64,000 bases of DNA, taken from Eledone cirrhosa (lineage: Eukaryota). Shown here one piece after another: positions 1-9,961 of this stretch. Numbering within the stretch: the first letter of the stretch is position 1; each line of letters starts with the position of its first letter. The translations under genes were made by a program, and so were the position numbers. The stretch is from the NCBI GenBank assembly GCA_964016885.1, contig OZ024742.1:271498001-271562000 (forward strand), read 5' to 3'. The notes beneath the pieces were generated by a model. That model ran no database searches, had not been told where the DNA came from, and saw only the letters and a program-made list of their open reading frames with translations.

Positions 1-41
1 GACCAATCCTTGTGACAATCACTTTTACCATATATGAAATT

Positions 42-137
42 ACCCCCTGAGAAGCTCGGCTATTCATATACCAGGGTAAACATTTTCATTTAGTCCAGAA
101 TTAGCCGTCGAACCGGCTCGAGCTCAGCCGTCGGGGT
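42..137 (+). ncRNA. Degenerate type-I hammerhead ribozyme (family A)
   Basis: ACCCC-CTGAGAA-g..cggcta...tagccgtc-GAAC-cggct(cgagctc)agcc-GTC-GGGGT. Homologs at 9551-9647 and 11030-11070. Confidence 0.6.
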
Positions 138-228
138 CCTACTCGTTATTATTACCAACTCTACTACCCTATGTATTGAGTACTTTGGTGCGTTATGGTC
201 CACCTGGTTCCTTACCACATTTCCTTCG

Positions 229-308
<80 letters not shown>

Positions 309-339
309 TTATACATATACATGTATATGTATATATATA

Positions 340-903
340 ATTATATAAGTATGTATTCGTACATACATATATGTATACATACGTACAGTAGTATGTATAG
401 TTAATACACACATACACACACATATATATATGTACGTATGGATTTACCGAACATTTATTATAATGCTCAGTTTGTTTATAAACAAACATCCCGAATTAAG
501 CCGTACAGTGTTTAGCAACCATCGTTGTCCTTTTGTTCAACATTGTCAAAGGAACGACGTAATCGTTTCCAGCTTATTACCTATCGTCAGCACCGTATAC
601 CTTCCTGCCAGATGATTGAATGTCTGAAAGTATATACTTTCCTTATGCATATTAACGGCTGAGCAGCCTAATTGTCATATCGAGTAAGTTAATCGGCCGG
701 AGGCACCGAAAACAAAGTATGGAAAAAGTGAAACGAAATTTCATTTCTCACTCTTAGTACGGCTGTTACTTAAATATAATATGTATACGTACATACATAT
801 ATGTATACAGATGTACAGTAGTATGTATATATATACATACATGTACACATATATATATATGTACGTGTGGATTTACCGAATATTTATTATAATGCTCGGT
901 TTA
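340..903 (-). mobile_element. Non-autonomous hammerhead-bearing repeat (family E), ~430-nt monomer plus partial tandem copy
   Basis: Sequence at 351 recurs at 781; homologous to 49735-50585; abuts (TA)n. Confidence 0.7.
555..595 (-). ncRNA. Minimal type-I hammerhead ribozyme (family E)
   Basis: Minus strand CGGTG-CTGACGA-taggt-aata-agctg-GAAA-cgat-TA-CGTCG. Confidence 0.65.
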
Positions 904-1006
904 TACTACTTAGAAAATAGAAGCTTTCATCGCATTTTTTTACTAAAGAAATTTTAGCCTGGTAATGGTGTTTAAATCACTCAGAGAAATGGAAATAGAT
1001 GAGTTT

Positions 1007-1077
1007 TGACGTACATGGGAGTCGAACCCACATCTTTCGTTTTCCAGACCACTGTGCTTCCATTACACCAACACATC
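1007..1077 (-). tRNA. tRNA-like unit 1, anticodon GGA
   Basis: Cloverleaf with intact B box GGTTCGACTCC; loop CT-GGA-AA; mismatch in the anticodon stem. Confidence 0.6.
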
Positions 1078-1263
1078 ACCCATCTCCTTCCATTCAAGTT
1101 AGAAGCTACATTATTAGCAAGTATGATGGCAAGTAAGTATATTTTGAAACAGCGAACAAGTTTTAAGTTAGAAAATAGAAGCTTTCACTGTATTTTTTCA
1201 TTAAGAAATTTCAGCCTGATAGTGTTGTTTAGAACACTCGGAGAAATAAAAAAAGAGTAGTAT

Positions 1264-1334
1264 TGACGCACATGGGAGTCGAACCCACATATTTGGTTAT
1301 CAAGACTACTGTACTACCATTACACCAACACATC
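1264..1334 (-). tRNA. tRNA-like unit 2, anticodon TGA
   Basis: Intact A and B boxes; loop CT-TGA-TA; T7 run downstream. Confidence 0.65.
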
Positions 1335-1517
1335 TCCCATCTTCCATTCAAATTAGAAGTCACATTCTTAGCAAGAATGATGGCAAGTAAGTATGCTTTG
1401 AAACAGCGAACAAGTTTCAAGTTAGAAAATAGAACTTTTCACCATATTTTTTGGCTCAGGAATTTTAGCCTGATATTTGGCTTTAGAAACCTCAGAGAAA
1501 TGGAAAAAGATGAGTAT

Positions 1518-1588
1518 TGATGTACATGGGAATCGAACACACATCTTTGGTTATCCATACCACTGTGCTACCATTACACCAACGCATA
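1518..1588 (-). tRNA. tRNA-like unit 3, anticodon GGA (diverged)
   Basis: Array unit; G1 altered; T5 terminator at 1504-1508. Confidence 0.5.
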
Positions 1589-1775
1589 GCCCATATATTT
1601 CCATTTAAATTAGGAACTACATTCTTAGTAAGTATGACCGCAAGTATGTATGTTTTGAAACAGCGAACAAGTTTGAAATAAGAAAATAGAAGCCTTCACC
1701 CTATTTTTTCACTACAGAAATTTCAGCCTCATAGTGGGGTTTAGGACCCCCAGAGAAATGAACAAAGATGAGTAT

Positions 1776-1846
1776 TGACGTACATGAGAGTCGAACCCAC
1801 ATTTTTGGTTATCCAGACCACGGTGCTACCTTTAGACCCACACATC
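1776..1846 (-). tRNA. tRNA-like unit 4, anticodon GGA (diverged)
   Basis: Array unit; A box mutated. Confidence 0.45.
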
Positions 1847-2033
1847 ACCCATCCCGTTACATTCAAATTAGAAGTTACCTTCTTAGCAAGTATGATGGCA
1901 AGTAAATATGCTTTGAAACAGCGATGCAGTTTGAAATTAGAAAATAGAAGCCTTCACCGTATTTTTTCACTACAGAAATTTCAGCGTCATAGTGGGGTTT
2001 AGAACCCTCAGAGAAATGGAAAAAGATGAGTAT

Positions 2034-2104
2034 TGACATACATGGGAGTCAAACCCACATTTTTGGTTGTCCAGACCATTGTGCTACGATTACACTAACA
2101 CATC
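2034..2104 (-). tRNA. tRNA-like unit 5, anticodon GGA (diverged)
   Basis: Array unit; T-loop TTTGACT. Confidence 0.45.
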
Positions 2105-2291
2105 AGCCATCTCCTTCCATTCAAATTCGAAGTTACATTCTTAGCAAGTATGATGGCAAGTAATTATGCTTTGAAACAGCGAGCAAGTTTCAAATTGGAA
2201 AATAGAAGCCTTCACCGTATTTTTTCACTACAGAAATTTTAGCCTGATAGTGGGGGTTAGAACCCTCATAGAAATGGAAAAAGATTAGTAT

Positions 2292-2362
2292 TGACGTACA
2301 TGGGAGTCGAAACTAAATCTTTGGTTATCCAGACCACTGTGCTACCATTACACCAACACATC
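2292..2362 (-). tRNA. tRNA-like unit 6, anticodon GGA
   Basis: D and anticodon arms match consensus; T-stem mutated. Confidence 0.5.
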
Positions 2363-2560
2363 ACCCATCTCCTTCCATTCAAATTAGAAGTTACATTCTT
2401 AAAAATTATGAGGGCAAGTATGATGGCAAGTGAGAATGCTTTGAAAAAGCGAGCAAGTATCAAATTAGAAAATAGAAGCTTTCAACGTATTTTTTACTCG
2501 AGAAGGTTTAGCCTCATAGTGGGATTTAGAACCCTGAGAGAAATGGAAAAGGATGAGTAT

Positions 2561-2630
2561 TGACTACATTGGAGTCGAACCCACATCTTCGGTTATCCAG
2601 ACCACTGTGCTACCATCACACCAACACATC
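2561..2630 (-). tRNA. tRNA-like unit 7, anticodon GGA
   Basis: 1-nt deletion in the 3' acceptor strand. Confidence 0.5.
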
Positions 2631-2793
2631 ACCCATCTCCTTCCATTCAAATTGGAAGCTAGAATCTTAGAAAGTGTGAAGGTAAGTATGTTTTGAAACA
2701 GCGAACAACTTTGAAATTAGAAAATAGGAGCTTTCACCGTATCTTTTTACTAAAGAAATTTTAGCCCTCAGAAAAATGGGAAAAGAGGAGTAT

Positions 2794-2864
2794 TGACGCA
2801 CATGGGAGTCAAACCCACATAGTTGGTTAGCAGGACAACTGTACTACGATTACACCAACAAATC
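2794..2864 (-). tRNA. tRNA-like unit 8, degenerate (loop CC-TGC-TA)
   Basis: Array unit; U33 lost. Confidence 0.4.
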
Positions 2865-3052
2865 AAACATCTCCTTCCATTCAAATTAGAAGCTACATTC
2901 TTAGTAAGTATGATCGCAAGTCTGTCTGCTTTGAGACAACAAGCTAATTTTGAAATTAGAAAATAGAAGCTTTCACCATATTTTTTTACTAAAGTAATTT
3001 TAGCCTGATAGTGGGATTTAGAACCCTCAGAGAAATGAAAAATGAGGAGTAT

Positions 3053-3123
3053 TGGCGTAAATGGTTGTCGAACCCACATCATCGGTTATCCAGACCCCTG
3101 TGCTACCATTAAACCTACACATC
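3053..3123 (-). tRNA. tRNA-like unit 9, anticodon GGA (diverged)
   Basis: Array unit; several stem mismatches. Confidence 0.45.
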
Positions 3124-3309
3124 ACCCATCTCTTCCATTCAAATTGGAACCTAGAATCTTAGCAAGTATGAGAGCAAGTAAGTATGTTTTTAAACAGCGA
3201 GCAATTTGAAATGAGAAAATAGAAGCTTTCACAGTATTTTTTTTACTAAAGAAATTTTACCCTGATAGTGGCGATTAGAACACTCAGAGAAATGGAAAAA
3301 GATTTGTAT

Positions 3310-3380
3310 TGGCGTACATGGCAGTCGAACCCAAATCTTTGGTTATCCAGACCACTGTGCTACCATTACACCAACACATC
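3310..3380 (-). tRNA. tRNA-like unit 10, anticodon GGA
   Basis: Close to consensus; T5 terminator. Confidence 0.55.
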
Positions 3381-3555
3381 ACCCATCTCCTTCCATTCAA
3401 ATTGGAAGCTAGAATCTAAGCAAGTAAGTATGTTTTGAAACAGCGAAAAAGTTTCAAATTAGAAAATAGAATCCTTCACCGTATTTTTTCACTACATAAA
3501 TTTCAGCCTCATAGGGGTGTTTAAACCCCTCAGAGAAATGGAAAAAGATGAGTAT

Positions 3556-3626
3556 TGGCGTAAATGGGAGTCGAATCCACATCTTCAGTTATACAGACCA
3601 CTGTGCAACCATTACAACAACACATC
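3556..3626 (-). tRNA. tRNA-like unit 11, anticodon GTA (diverged)
   Basis: Loop CT-GTA-TA; A box mutated. Confidence 0.4.
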
Positions 3627-3811
3627 AGCCATCTCTTCCATTCAAATTAGAAGCTACATACTTAGTATGTATGATCGCGAGTATGTATGTTTTGAAACAG
3701 CGAGCAAGATTGAAATTAGAAAATAGAGGCTTTCACCATATTTTTTGGTTAAAGAATTTAAGCCTGATAGTTGGATTTAGAAACCTCAGAGAAATGGAAA
3801 AAGATGAGTAT

Positions 3812-3882
3812 TGACGTACATGAGAGTCGAACCCACATTTTTGGTTATCTAGACCACTGTGCTACTATTACTCCAACACATC
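3812..3882 (-). tRNA. tRNA-like unit 12, anticodon AGA
   Basis: Loop CT-AGA-TA; T5 terminator. Confidence 0.5.
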
Positions 3883-4070
3883 ACCCATCTCCTTCCATTC
3901 AAATTGGAAGCTAGAATCTAAGCAAGTATGAGGGCAAGTAAGTATGTTTTGAAACAGCGAGCAACTTTGAAATTAGAAAATAGATGCTTACACCGTATTT
4001 TTTTTACTAACGAAATTTTAGCCTGATAGTGAGGTTTAGAACCATCAGAGAAATGGAATAAGATGAGTAT

Positions 4071-4140
4071 TGAATGCATGGGAGTCGACCCCACCTCTTT
4101 GGTTATCCATTCCACTGTCGTACCATTACACCAACACATT
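4071..4140 (-). tRNA. tRNA-like unit 13, anticodon GGA (degenerate)
   Basis: Array unit; B box and acceptor stem mutated. Confidence 0.4.
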
Positions 4141-4327
4141 TCCCATCTCCTTCCATTCAAATTAGAAGCTACATTCTTAGTAAGTATGATCGCAAGTATG
4201 TATGTTTTGAAACAGCGAGCAAGTTTGTAATTAGAAAATAGAAGCTTTCACCGTATTTTTTTACTAAAGTATTTTTAGCCTGTTAGTGGGGGTTATAACC
4301 CTCAGAGAAATGGAAAAAGATTAGTAT

Positions 4328-4398
4328 TGACGTACATGGGAGACGAACCCAAATCTTTGGTTATCCAGACAACTATGCTACCATTACGCCAACACATC
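4328..4398 (-). tRNA. tRNA-like unit 14, anticodon GGA
   Basis: A box TGGCGTAATGG; T5 terminator. Confidence 0.5.
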
Positions 4399-4584
4399 AC
4401 CCATCTCCTACCATTCAAATTAGAAGTTACATTCTTAGCAAGTATGATGGCAAGTAAGTATGCTTTGAAACAGCGAGCAAGTTTGAAACTAGTAAAGTGA
4501 AGCTTTAACCATATTTTTTGGCTAAAGAATGTTAGCCTGATAGTTGGCTTTAGAAACCTCAGAGAAATGGAAACAGATGAGTAT

Positions 4585-4655
4585 TGACGTACATGAGAGT
4601 CGAACACACATTTTTCGTTATCTAGACCACCTTACTACCATTACACCAACACATA
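4585..4655 (-). tRNA. tRNA-like unit 15, anticodon AGA (diverged)
   Basis: Array unit with loop CT-AGA-TA. Confidence 0.4.
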
Positions 4656-4841
4656 ACCCATCTCCTTCCATTCAAATTAGAAACTACATTCTTACAAAGT
4701 ATAATGGTAAGTAAGTATGTTTTGAAACAGCGAGCAAGTTTCAAATAAGAAAATAGAAGCTTTCACCGTATTTTTGACTAAATAAATTCTAGCCTGATAG
4801 TGGGGATTAGAACCCTCAGAGAAATGGGAAAAGAGGAGTAT

Positions 4842-4912
4842 TGATGCACATGGGAGTCAAACCCACATAGTTGGTTATCAAGACAATTGTACTACCATTA
4901 CACGAATACATC
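4842..4912 (-). tRNA. tRNA-like unit 16, anticodon TGA (diverged)
   Basis: Loop CT-TGA-TA; same subfamily as units 2 and 8. Confidence 0.45.
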
Positions 4913-5099
4913 ACCCATCTCCTTCCAATCAAATTAGAAAGTACATTCTTACAAAGTATAATGGTAAGTACATATGTTTTGAAACAGCGAGCAAGTTTGA
5001 AATTAGAAAATAGAAGCTTTCACCGTATTTTTTTACTAACGAAATTTTGGCCTGATAGTCGGCTTTAGAATCCTCAGAGAAATCGAAAAAGATGAGTAT

Positions 5100-5170
5100 T
5101 GACGTGCATGGGAGTCGAACCCACCGCTTTGGTTATCCATTCCACTCTGCTACCATTACACCAACACATC
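5100..5170 (-). tRNA. tRNA-like unit 17, anticodon GGA
   Basis: Intact A and B boxes; T5 terminator; altered 5' side of the anticodon loop. Confidence 0.55.
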
Positions 5171-5357
5171 ACCCAACTTCTTCCATTCAAATTAGAAGCT
5201 ACATTCTTAGCAAGTATGATGGTAAGTAAGTATGTTTTGAAACAGCGAGCAATTTTGAAATTAGTAAATAGAGCCTTTCACCGTATTTTTTGAATAAAGA
5301 AATTTTAGCCTGATAGTTGGCTTTAGAAACCTCAGAGAAATGGAAAAAGATGAGTAT

Positions 5358-5428
5358 TGACGTACATGGGAATCGAACCCACATCTTTGAATATCCAGAC
5401 CACTGTGCTACCATTATACCAACGCATC
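5358..5428 (-). tRNA. tRNA-like unit 18, anticodon GGA
   Basis: B box GGTTCGATTCC; T5 terminator. Confidence 0.55.
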
Positions 5429-5614
5429 ACCCTTATATTTCCATTCAAATTAGAAGCGACCTTCTTAGTAAGTATGATCGCAAGTATGTATGTTTTGAAA
5501 CAGCGAACAATTTTAAAATTAGAAAATAGAAGCCTTCACCCTATTTTTTCACTACGGAAATTTCAGCCTCATATTGGGATTTAGAACCCTCAGAGAAATG
5601 AAAAAAATGAGTAT

Positions 5615-5685
5615 TGACGTACATGAGAGTCGAAACCACATTTTTGGTTTTCTAGACCACTGTGGTACCATTACACCAACACATC
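5615..5685 (-). tRNA. tRNA-like unit 19, anticodon AGA
   Basis: Loop CT-AGA-AA. Confidence 0.5.
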
Positions 5686-5884
5686 ACCCATCTCCTTCCA
5701 TTCAAATTCGAAGTTACATTCTTAGCAAGTATGATGGCAAGTATGATGGCAAGTAAGTATGCTTTGAAACAGCAAGCAAGTTTGAAATTAGAAAATAGAA
5801 GTTTTCACCGTATTTGTTTACTCAATAAATTTTAGCCTGATAGAAGGGTTTAGAACCCTCAGAGAAATGGAAAAAGATGAGTAT

Positions 5885-5955
5885 TGACGTGCATGGGAGT
5901 CGATCCCACCCCTTTGGTTATCTATTCCACTGTGCTACCATTACACCAACACATC
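5885..5955 (-). tRNA. tRNA-like unit 20, anticodon AGA (diverged)
   Basis: Loop AT-AGA-TA. Confidence 0.45.
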
Positions 5956-6090
5956 ACCCATCTCCTTCCATTCAAAGTGGAAGCTAGAATCTAAGCAAGT
6001 ATGAGGGCATGTAAGTATTTTTTTACTAAAGATATTTTAGCCTGATAGTGGGATTTAGAACCCTCAGAGAAATGGAAAAAAGATTAGTGT

Positions 6091-6161
6091 TGACGTACAT
6101 GGGAGTCGAACTCAAATCTTTGGTTATCCAGACCACTGTGCTACCATTACACCAACACATC
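6091..6161 (-). tRNA. tRNA-like unit 21, anticodon GGA
   Basis: Consensus acceptor, D and anticodon arms; T6 terminator. Confidence 0.55.
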
Positions 6162-6333
6162 ACCCATCTCATTCCATTCAAATTAGAAGTTACATTCTTA
6201 GCAAGTCTGATGGCAAGAATGATGGCAAATAAGTATGTTTTGAAACAACAAGCAAGTTTGAAATTTTTACTATAGAACTTTTAGCGTGATAATGTGGTTT
6301 TGAACACTCAGAGAAATGGAAAATGATGAGTAT

Positions 6334-6404
6334 TGACGTGCATGGGAATCGAACCCACCTCTTTGGTTATTCAGACCACTGTGCTACCATTACACCAACA
6401 CATC
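6334..6404 (-). tRNA. tRNA-like unit 22, anticodon GAA
   Basis: Intact A and B boxes; loop CT-GAA-TA. Confidence 0.6.
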
Positions 6405-6591
6405 TCCCATCTCCTTCAATTGAAATTAGAAGCTACTTTCTTAGCAATATGATGGTAAGTAAGTATATTTTGAAACAGCGAGCAAGTTTGAAATTAGAAA
6501 ATAGAGGATTTCACCATATTTTTTTACTAAAGAGATTTTAGCCTAAATAGTGGGATTTAGAACCCTCAGAGCAATGGGAAAAGATGAGTAT

Positions 6592-6662
6592 TGACCTACA
6601 AGTGACTCGATCCCACATCTTTTGCTATCCAGATCACTTTGCTACTATTACATCAATACATC
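6592..6662 (-). tRNA. tRNA-like unit 23, degenerate (GGA)
   Basis: Many stem mismatches. Confidence 0.35.
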
Positions 6663-6861
6663 ACCCATCTGCTTCCATTCAAATTAGAAGTTACATTCTT
6701 AGCAAGTCTGATGGCAAGAATGATGGCAAGTAAGTATGTTTTGAAACAACAAGCAAGTTTGAAATTAGAAAATAGAAGCTTTCACCGTCATATTTTACTA
6801 TAGAACTTTTAGCGTGATAATGTGGTTTAGAAAACTCAGAGAAATGGAAAAAGATGAGTAT

Positions 6862-6932
6862 TGACGTGCATGGGAGTCGGACCCACCTATTTGGTTATTC
6901 AGACCACTGTGCTACCATTACACAAACACATC
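6862..6932 (-). tRNA. tRNA-like unit 24, anticodon GAA
   Basis: Near-duplicate of unit 22. Confidence 0.45.
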
Positions 6933-7119
6933 TCCCAACTCCTTCAATTGAAATTAGAAGCTACTTTCTTAGCAATATGATGGTAAGTAAGTATGTTTTG
7001 AAACAGCGAGCAAGTTTGAAATTAGAAAATAGAGGATTTCACCATATTTTTTTACTGAAGAGATTTTAGCCTAAATAGTGGGATTTAGAACCCTCAGAGC
7101 AATGGGAAAATATGAGTGT

Positions 7120-7190
7120 TGACCTACAAGTGAGTCGATCCCACATCTTTTGCTATCCAGATCACTGTGCTACTATTACACCAATACATC
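7120..7190 (-). tRNA. tRNA-like unit 25, degenerate (GGA)
   Basis: Near-duplicate of unit 23. Confidence 0.35.
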
Positions 7191-7377
7191 ACCCATCTGC
7201 TTCCATTCAAATTAGAAGCTACATTCTTAGAAAGTATGATGGCAAGTAAGTCTGTTTTGAAACTGCGAGCAATTTTGAAATTAGAAAATAGAAGCGTTCA
7301 CCGCATTTTTTTACTCAAGAAATTTTATCCTGATAGTGGTGTTTAGAACCCTCAGAGAAACGGAAAATGATGTGTGT

Positions 7378-7448
7378 TGATGTACATGGGTGTCGAACCC
7401 ACATCTTTGGTTATCCAGACCACTGTGCTACCATTAGACCAACACATC
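7378..7448 (-). tRNA. tRNA-like unit 26, anticodon GGA
   Basis: Well-paired acceptor and T stems. Confidence 0.55.
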
Positions 7449-7636
7449 ACCCATCACCTTCCTTTCAAATTAGAAGCTACATTCTTAGCAAGTATGATGG
7501 TAAGTGTGTATGTTTTGAAATAGCGAGCAAGTTTGAAATTAGAAAATAGAGGATTTCACCATATTTCTTTACTAAAGAAATTTTAGCCTAAATAGTGGGA
7601 TTTAGAACCCTCAGAGCAATGGGAAAAGATGAGTAT

Positions 7637-7707
7637 TGACCTACAAGTGAGTCGAACTCACATCTTTTGCTATCCAGATCACTGTGCTACTATTACACCA
7701 ATACATC
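7637..7707 (-). tRNA. tRNA-like unit 27, degenerate (GGA)
   Basis: Near-duplicate of units 23 and 25. Confidence 0.35.
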
Positions 7708-7894
7708 ACCCATCTGCTTCCATTCAAATTAGAAGCTACATTCTTAGAAAGTATGATGGCCAGTAAGTCTGTTTTGAAACTGCGAGCAATTTTGAATTTA
7801 GAAAATAGAACCGTTCACCGTATTTTTTTGATCAAGAAATGTTATCCTGATAGTGGTGTTTAGAACCCTCAGAGAAATAGAAAATGATGTGTGT

Positions 7895-7965
7895 TGATGT
7901 ACATGGGTGTCGAACCCACATCTTTGTTTATCCAAACCACTGTGCTACCAATAGATAAACTCATC
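7895..7965 (-). tRNA. tRNA-like unit 28, degenerate (GGA)
   Basis: Near-duplicate of unit 26 with a damaged 5' end. Confidence 0.35.
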
Positions 7966-8164
7966 ACCCATCACCTTCCTTTCAAATTATAAGCTACATT
8001 CTTAGCAAGTATGATGGTAAGTGTGTATGTTTTGAAACAGCGAGCAAGTTTGAAATTAGAAAATAGAAGCTGTCACCGTATTTTTTTACTAACACACATA
8101 CACACATTCAGACATAGGTAAAACACACATACATACATTCAGATATAGGTAACAAACATATAAT

Positions 8165-8242
<78 letters not shown>

Positions 8243-9421
8243 CTATGTTTTCTCTCTGATTGCATAAATTCCACAAAACACTCCATAAATTATACAGCTA
8301 TTATCTAATACTTTACCAATTTAAAATACTTTTTCTCAAAGGCACATATATATATATATATATACATATATATTTCTTTTAAAATATACCCATCTTTCTA
8401 CCTTATTTCAATGTTATTTATTATACATTATATAATACTAGTTACTCATTCTATATCACTCCTATTCATCACTTCCCTTTCCTCACTTTTTTCCTTATTC
8501 TTTTAGTTTCTAACCTCTAATCTTTCCCTTTTCTTCCTAGATACTTCTCAATTGTCATTATTACTCACCACAATATATCTACTCTTCCTTCTTCCATCCA
8601 ATCACTGGCCAAAAAATTCACTATTACACTTTTAAATACTTTATAGTATCACTTTGAAAAATCCTTCGTAAACATAAACATTTTTTTGACGTTAGATTAT
8701 TCATCCTCAATTCATTATTTTGTTCTCCCTTTCATGCTCATCTACATTCTACATATTACACATATTCATCCACTCTTCTACTTCTTTTCACAATATTTCC
8801 TTAATTACATTACTATGTTTATACTTTTTTAATAATACATATCAACAATTTATTTCCATCGCACATATTATTAAACCCTTTAATATTCAAACCTTAACTT
8901 AATATTATTCTTAATACATATTAACAATTTCTTTTCATCGCACATATTATTAAACCCTTCAATATAGAAACCTTAATTTAACATTATTCTTAAATTTTTC
9001 TCTTCGTTAATTTTCAAATTCTTTTAATTTATATATTATCTTCAACGGTTTTTTAACCTCTCTCTGTAAAACAATATATTTTTCTCAGTTATAAAAGCTC
9101 TCTCACTCTCTTTCACCTATCTCACCTCCTATCTCATCATTCTTTATTATACTCCTGCCCATCCATTCTTTACTCTCATCTCCTCCTCTTGTGCACCTGC
9201 CCCCTCAATTTTTTTCAAAATATCACACATCAATCTAAAACTAATTTTCATATGTTGATGTAAAACTGCACAATTCACAAGTGTTTTTTAACTTTCATAT
9301 AATGTCTCCCTATTTTATCTGACGAACACGCAAATGTCATCGCATGATGATATTTGTTTTTGAAATGCGCATAACAAAATACATGGAACTCTTTTAAACA
9401 TCTTTTGATCTTATATATATA

Positions 9422-9463
<42 letters not shown>

Positions 9464-9550
9464 TATAACAAAGAAAGATAGACTTATTTGTGTATACAAC
9501 AAATTTCAACCAATCCTCTTGACAACTACAATCTTCCCATATAAGGAAGT

Positions 9551-9647
9551 ACCCCTTTGACAAGTTCGGCTATTTATTCACCAGGCTAAAAATTCTAATT
9601 TAGTCCATAAACAGCCGTCGAGACGGCTAGAGCTCTGCCGTCGGGGT
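9551..9647 (+). ncRNA. Degenerate hammerhead ribozyme (family A, U3-A8 core)
   Basis: acccct-TTGACAA-gttcggct...agccgtc-GAGA-cggc-tagagctct-gcc-GTC-ggggt. Confidence 0.6.
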
Positions 9648-9708
9648 CATACGTTTTGCTATACTCACACACATATATTTATACATATATATAAATTCAA
9701 TTATATAA

Positions 9709-9765
<57 letters not shown>

Positions 9766-9808
9766 CATATACACACACACATATATATATATATATATAA
9801 ATATATAT

Positions 9809-9886
<78 letters not shown>

Positions 9887-9961
9887 ATGAGCAGAACAAA
9901 CAAACATTAAACAATCCTTTAAATAAATTAAAAATGATTTGAATATCTACCTGTTCATAAT

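Larger units (their letters stand above)
905..8090 (-). repeat. Tandem array of 28 ~257-bp units, each with a tRNA-like gene
   Basis: The motif ttgacgtacatgggagtcgaacccac...ccattacaccaacacatc recurs 28 times, mostly 255-270 bp apart, with shorter units where deletions occur. The spacer is also conserved (cttagcaagtatgatggcaagt, ttagaaaatagaagctttcacc, agaaccctcagagaaatggaaaaag). Confidence 0.97.

Noticed and set aside
195-489. YIYIYI, LSLSLS, poly-T/V/L and HTHT ORFs throughout the window
   Set aside because: These are translations of (TA)n, (CT)n, (GTA)n and (CA)n microsatellites.
2240-2280. Hammerhead-like CTGATAG..hairpin..GAAA in each array unit
   Set aside because: The core reads CTGATAG rather than CTGANGA, and there is no helix III or stem I partner; only a small gggtt-tag-aaccc hairpin is present.
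2325-2333. Reading the array tRNA as Gly-TCC (plus strand), Pro-TGG or Gln-CTG
   Set aside because: The A and B boxes fix the minus-strand orientation, and stem pairing fixes the 7-nt loop as CT-GGA-TA; shifted registers do not pair.
905-8090. CRISPR array or repeated small protein (MTYMGVEPT...) in the tandem array
   Set aside because: There are no unique spacers (the whole unit is repeated) and no cas genes. The ORFs start at TTG, are antisense to the tRNA-like gene and are broken in many units.
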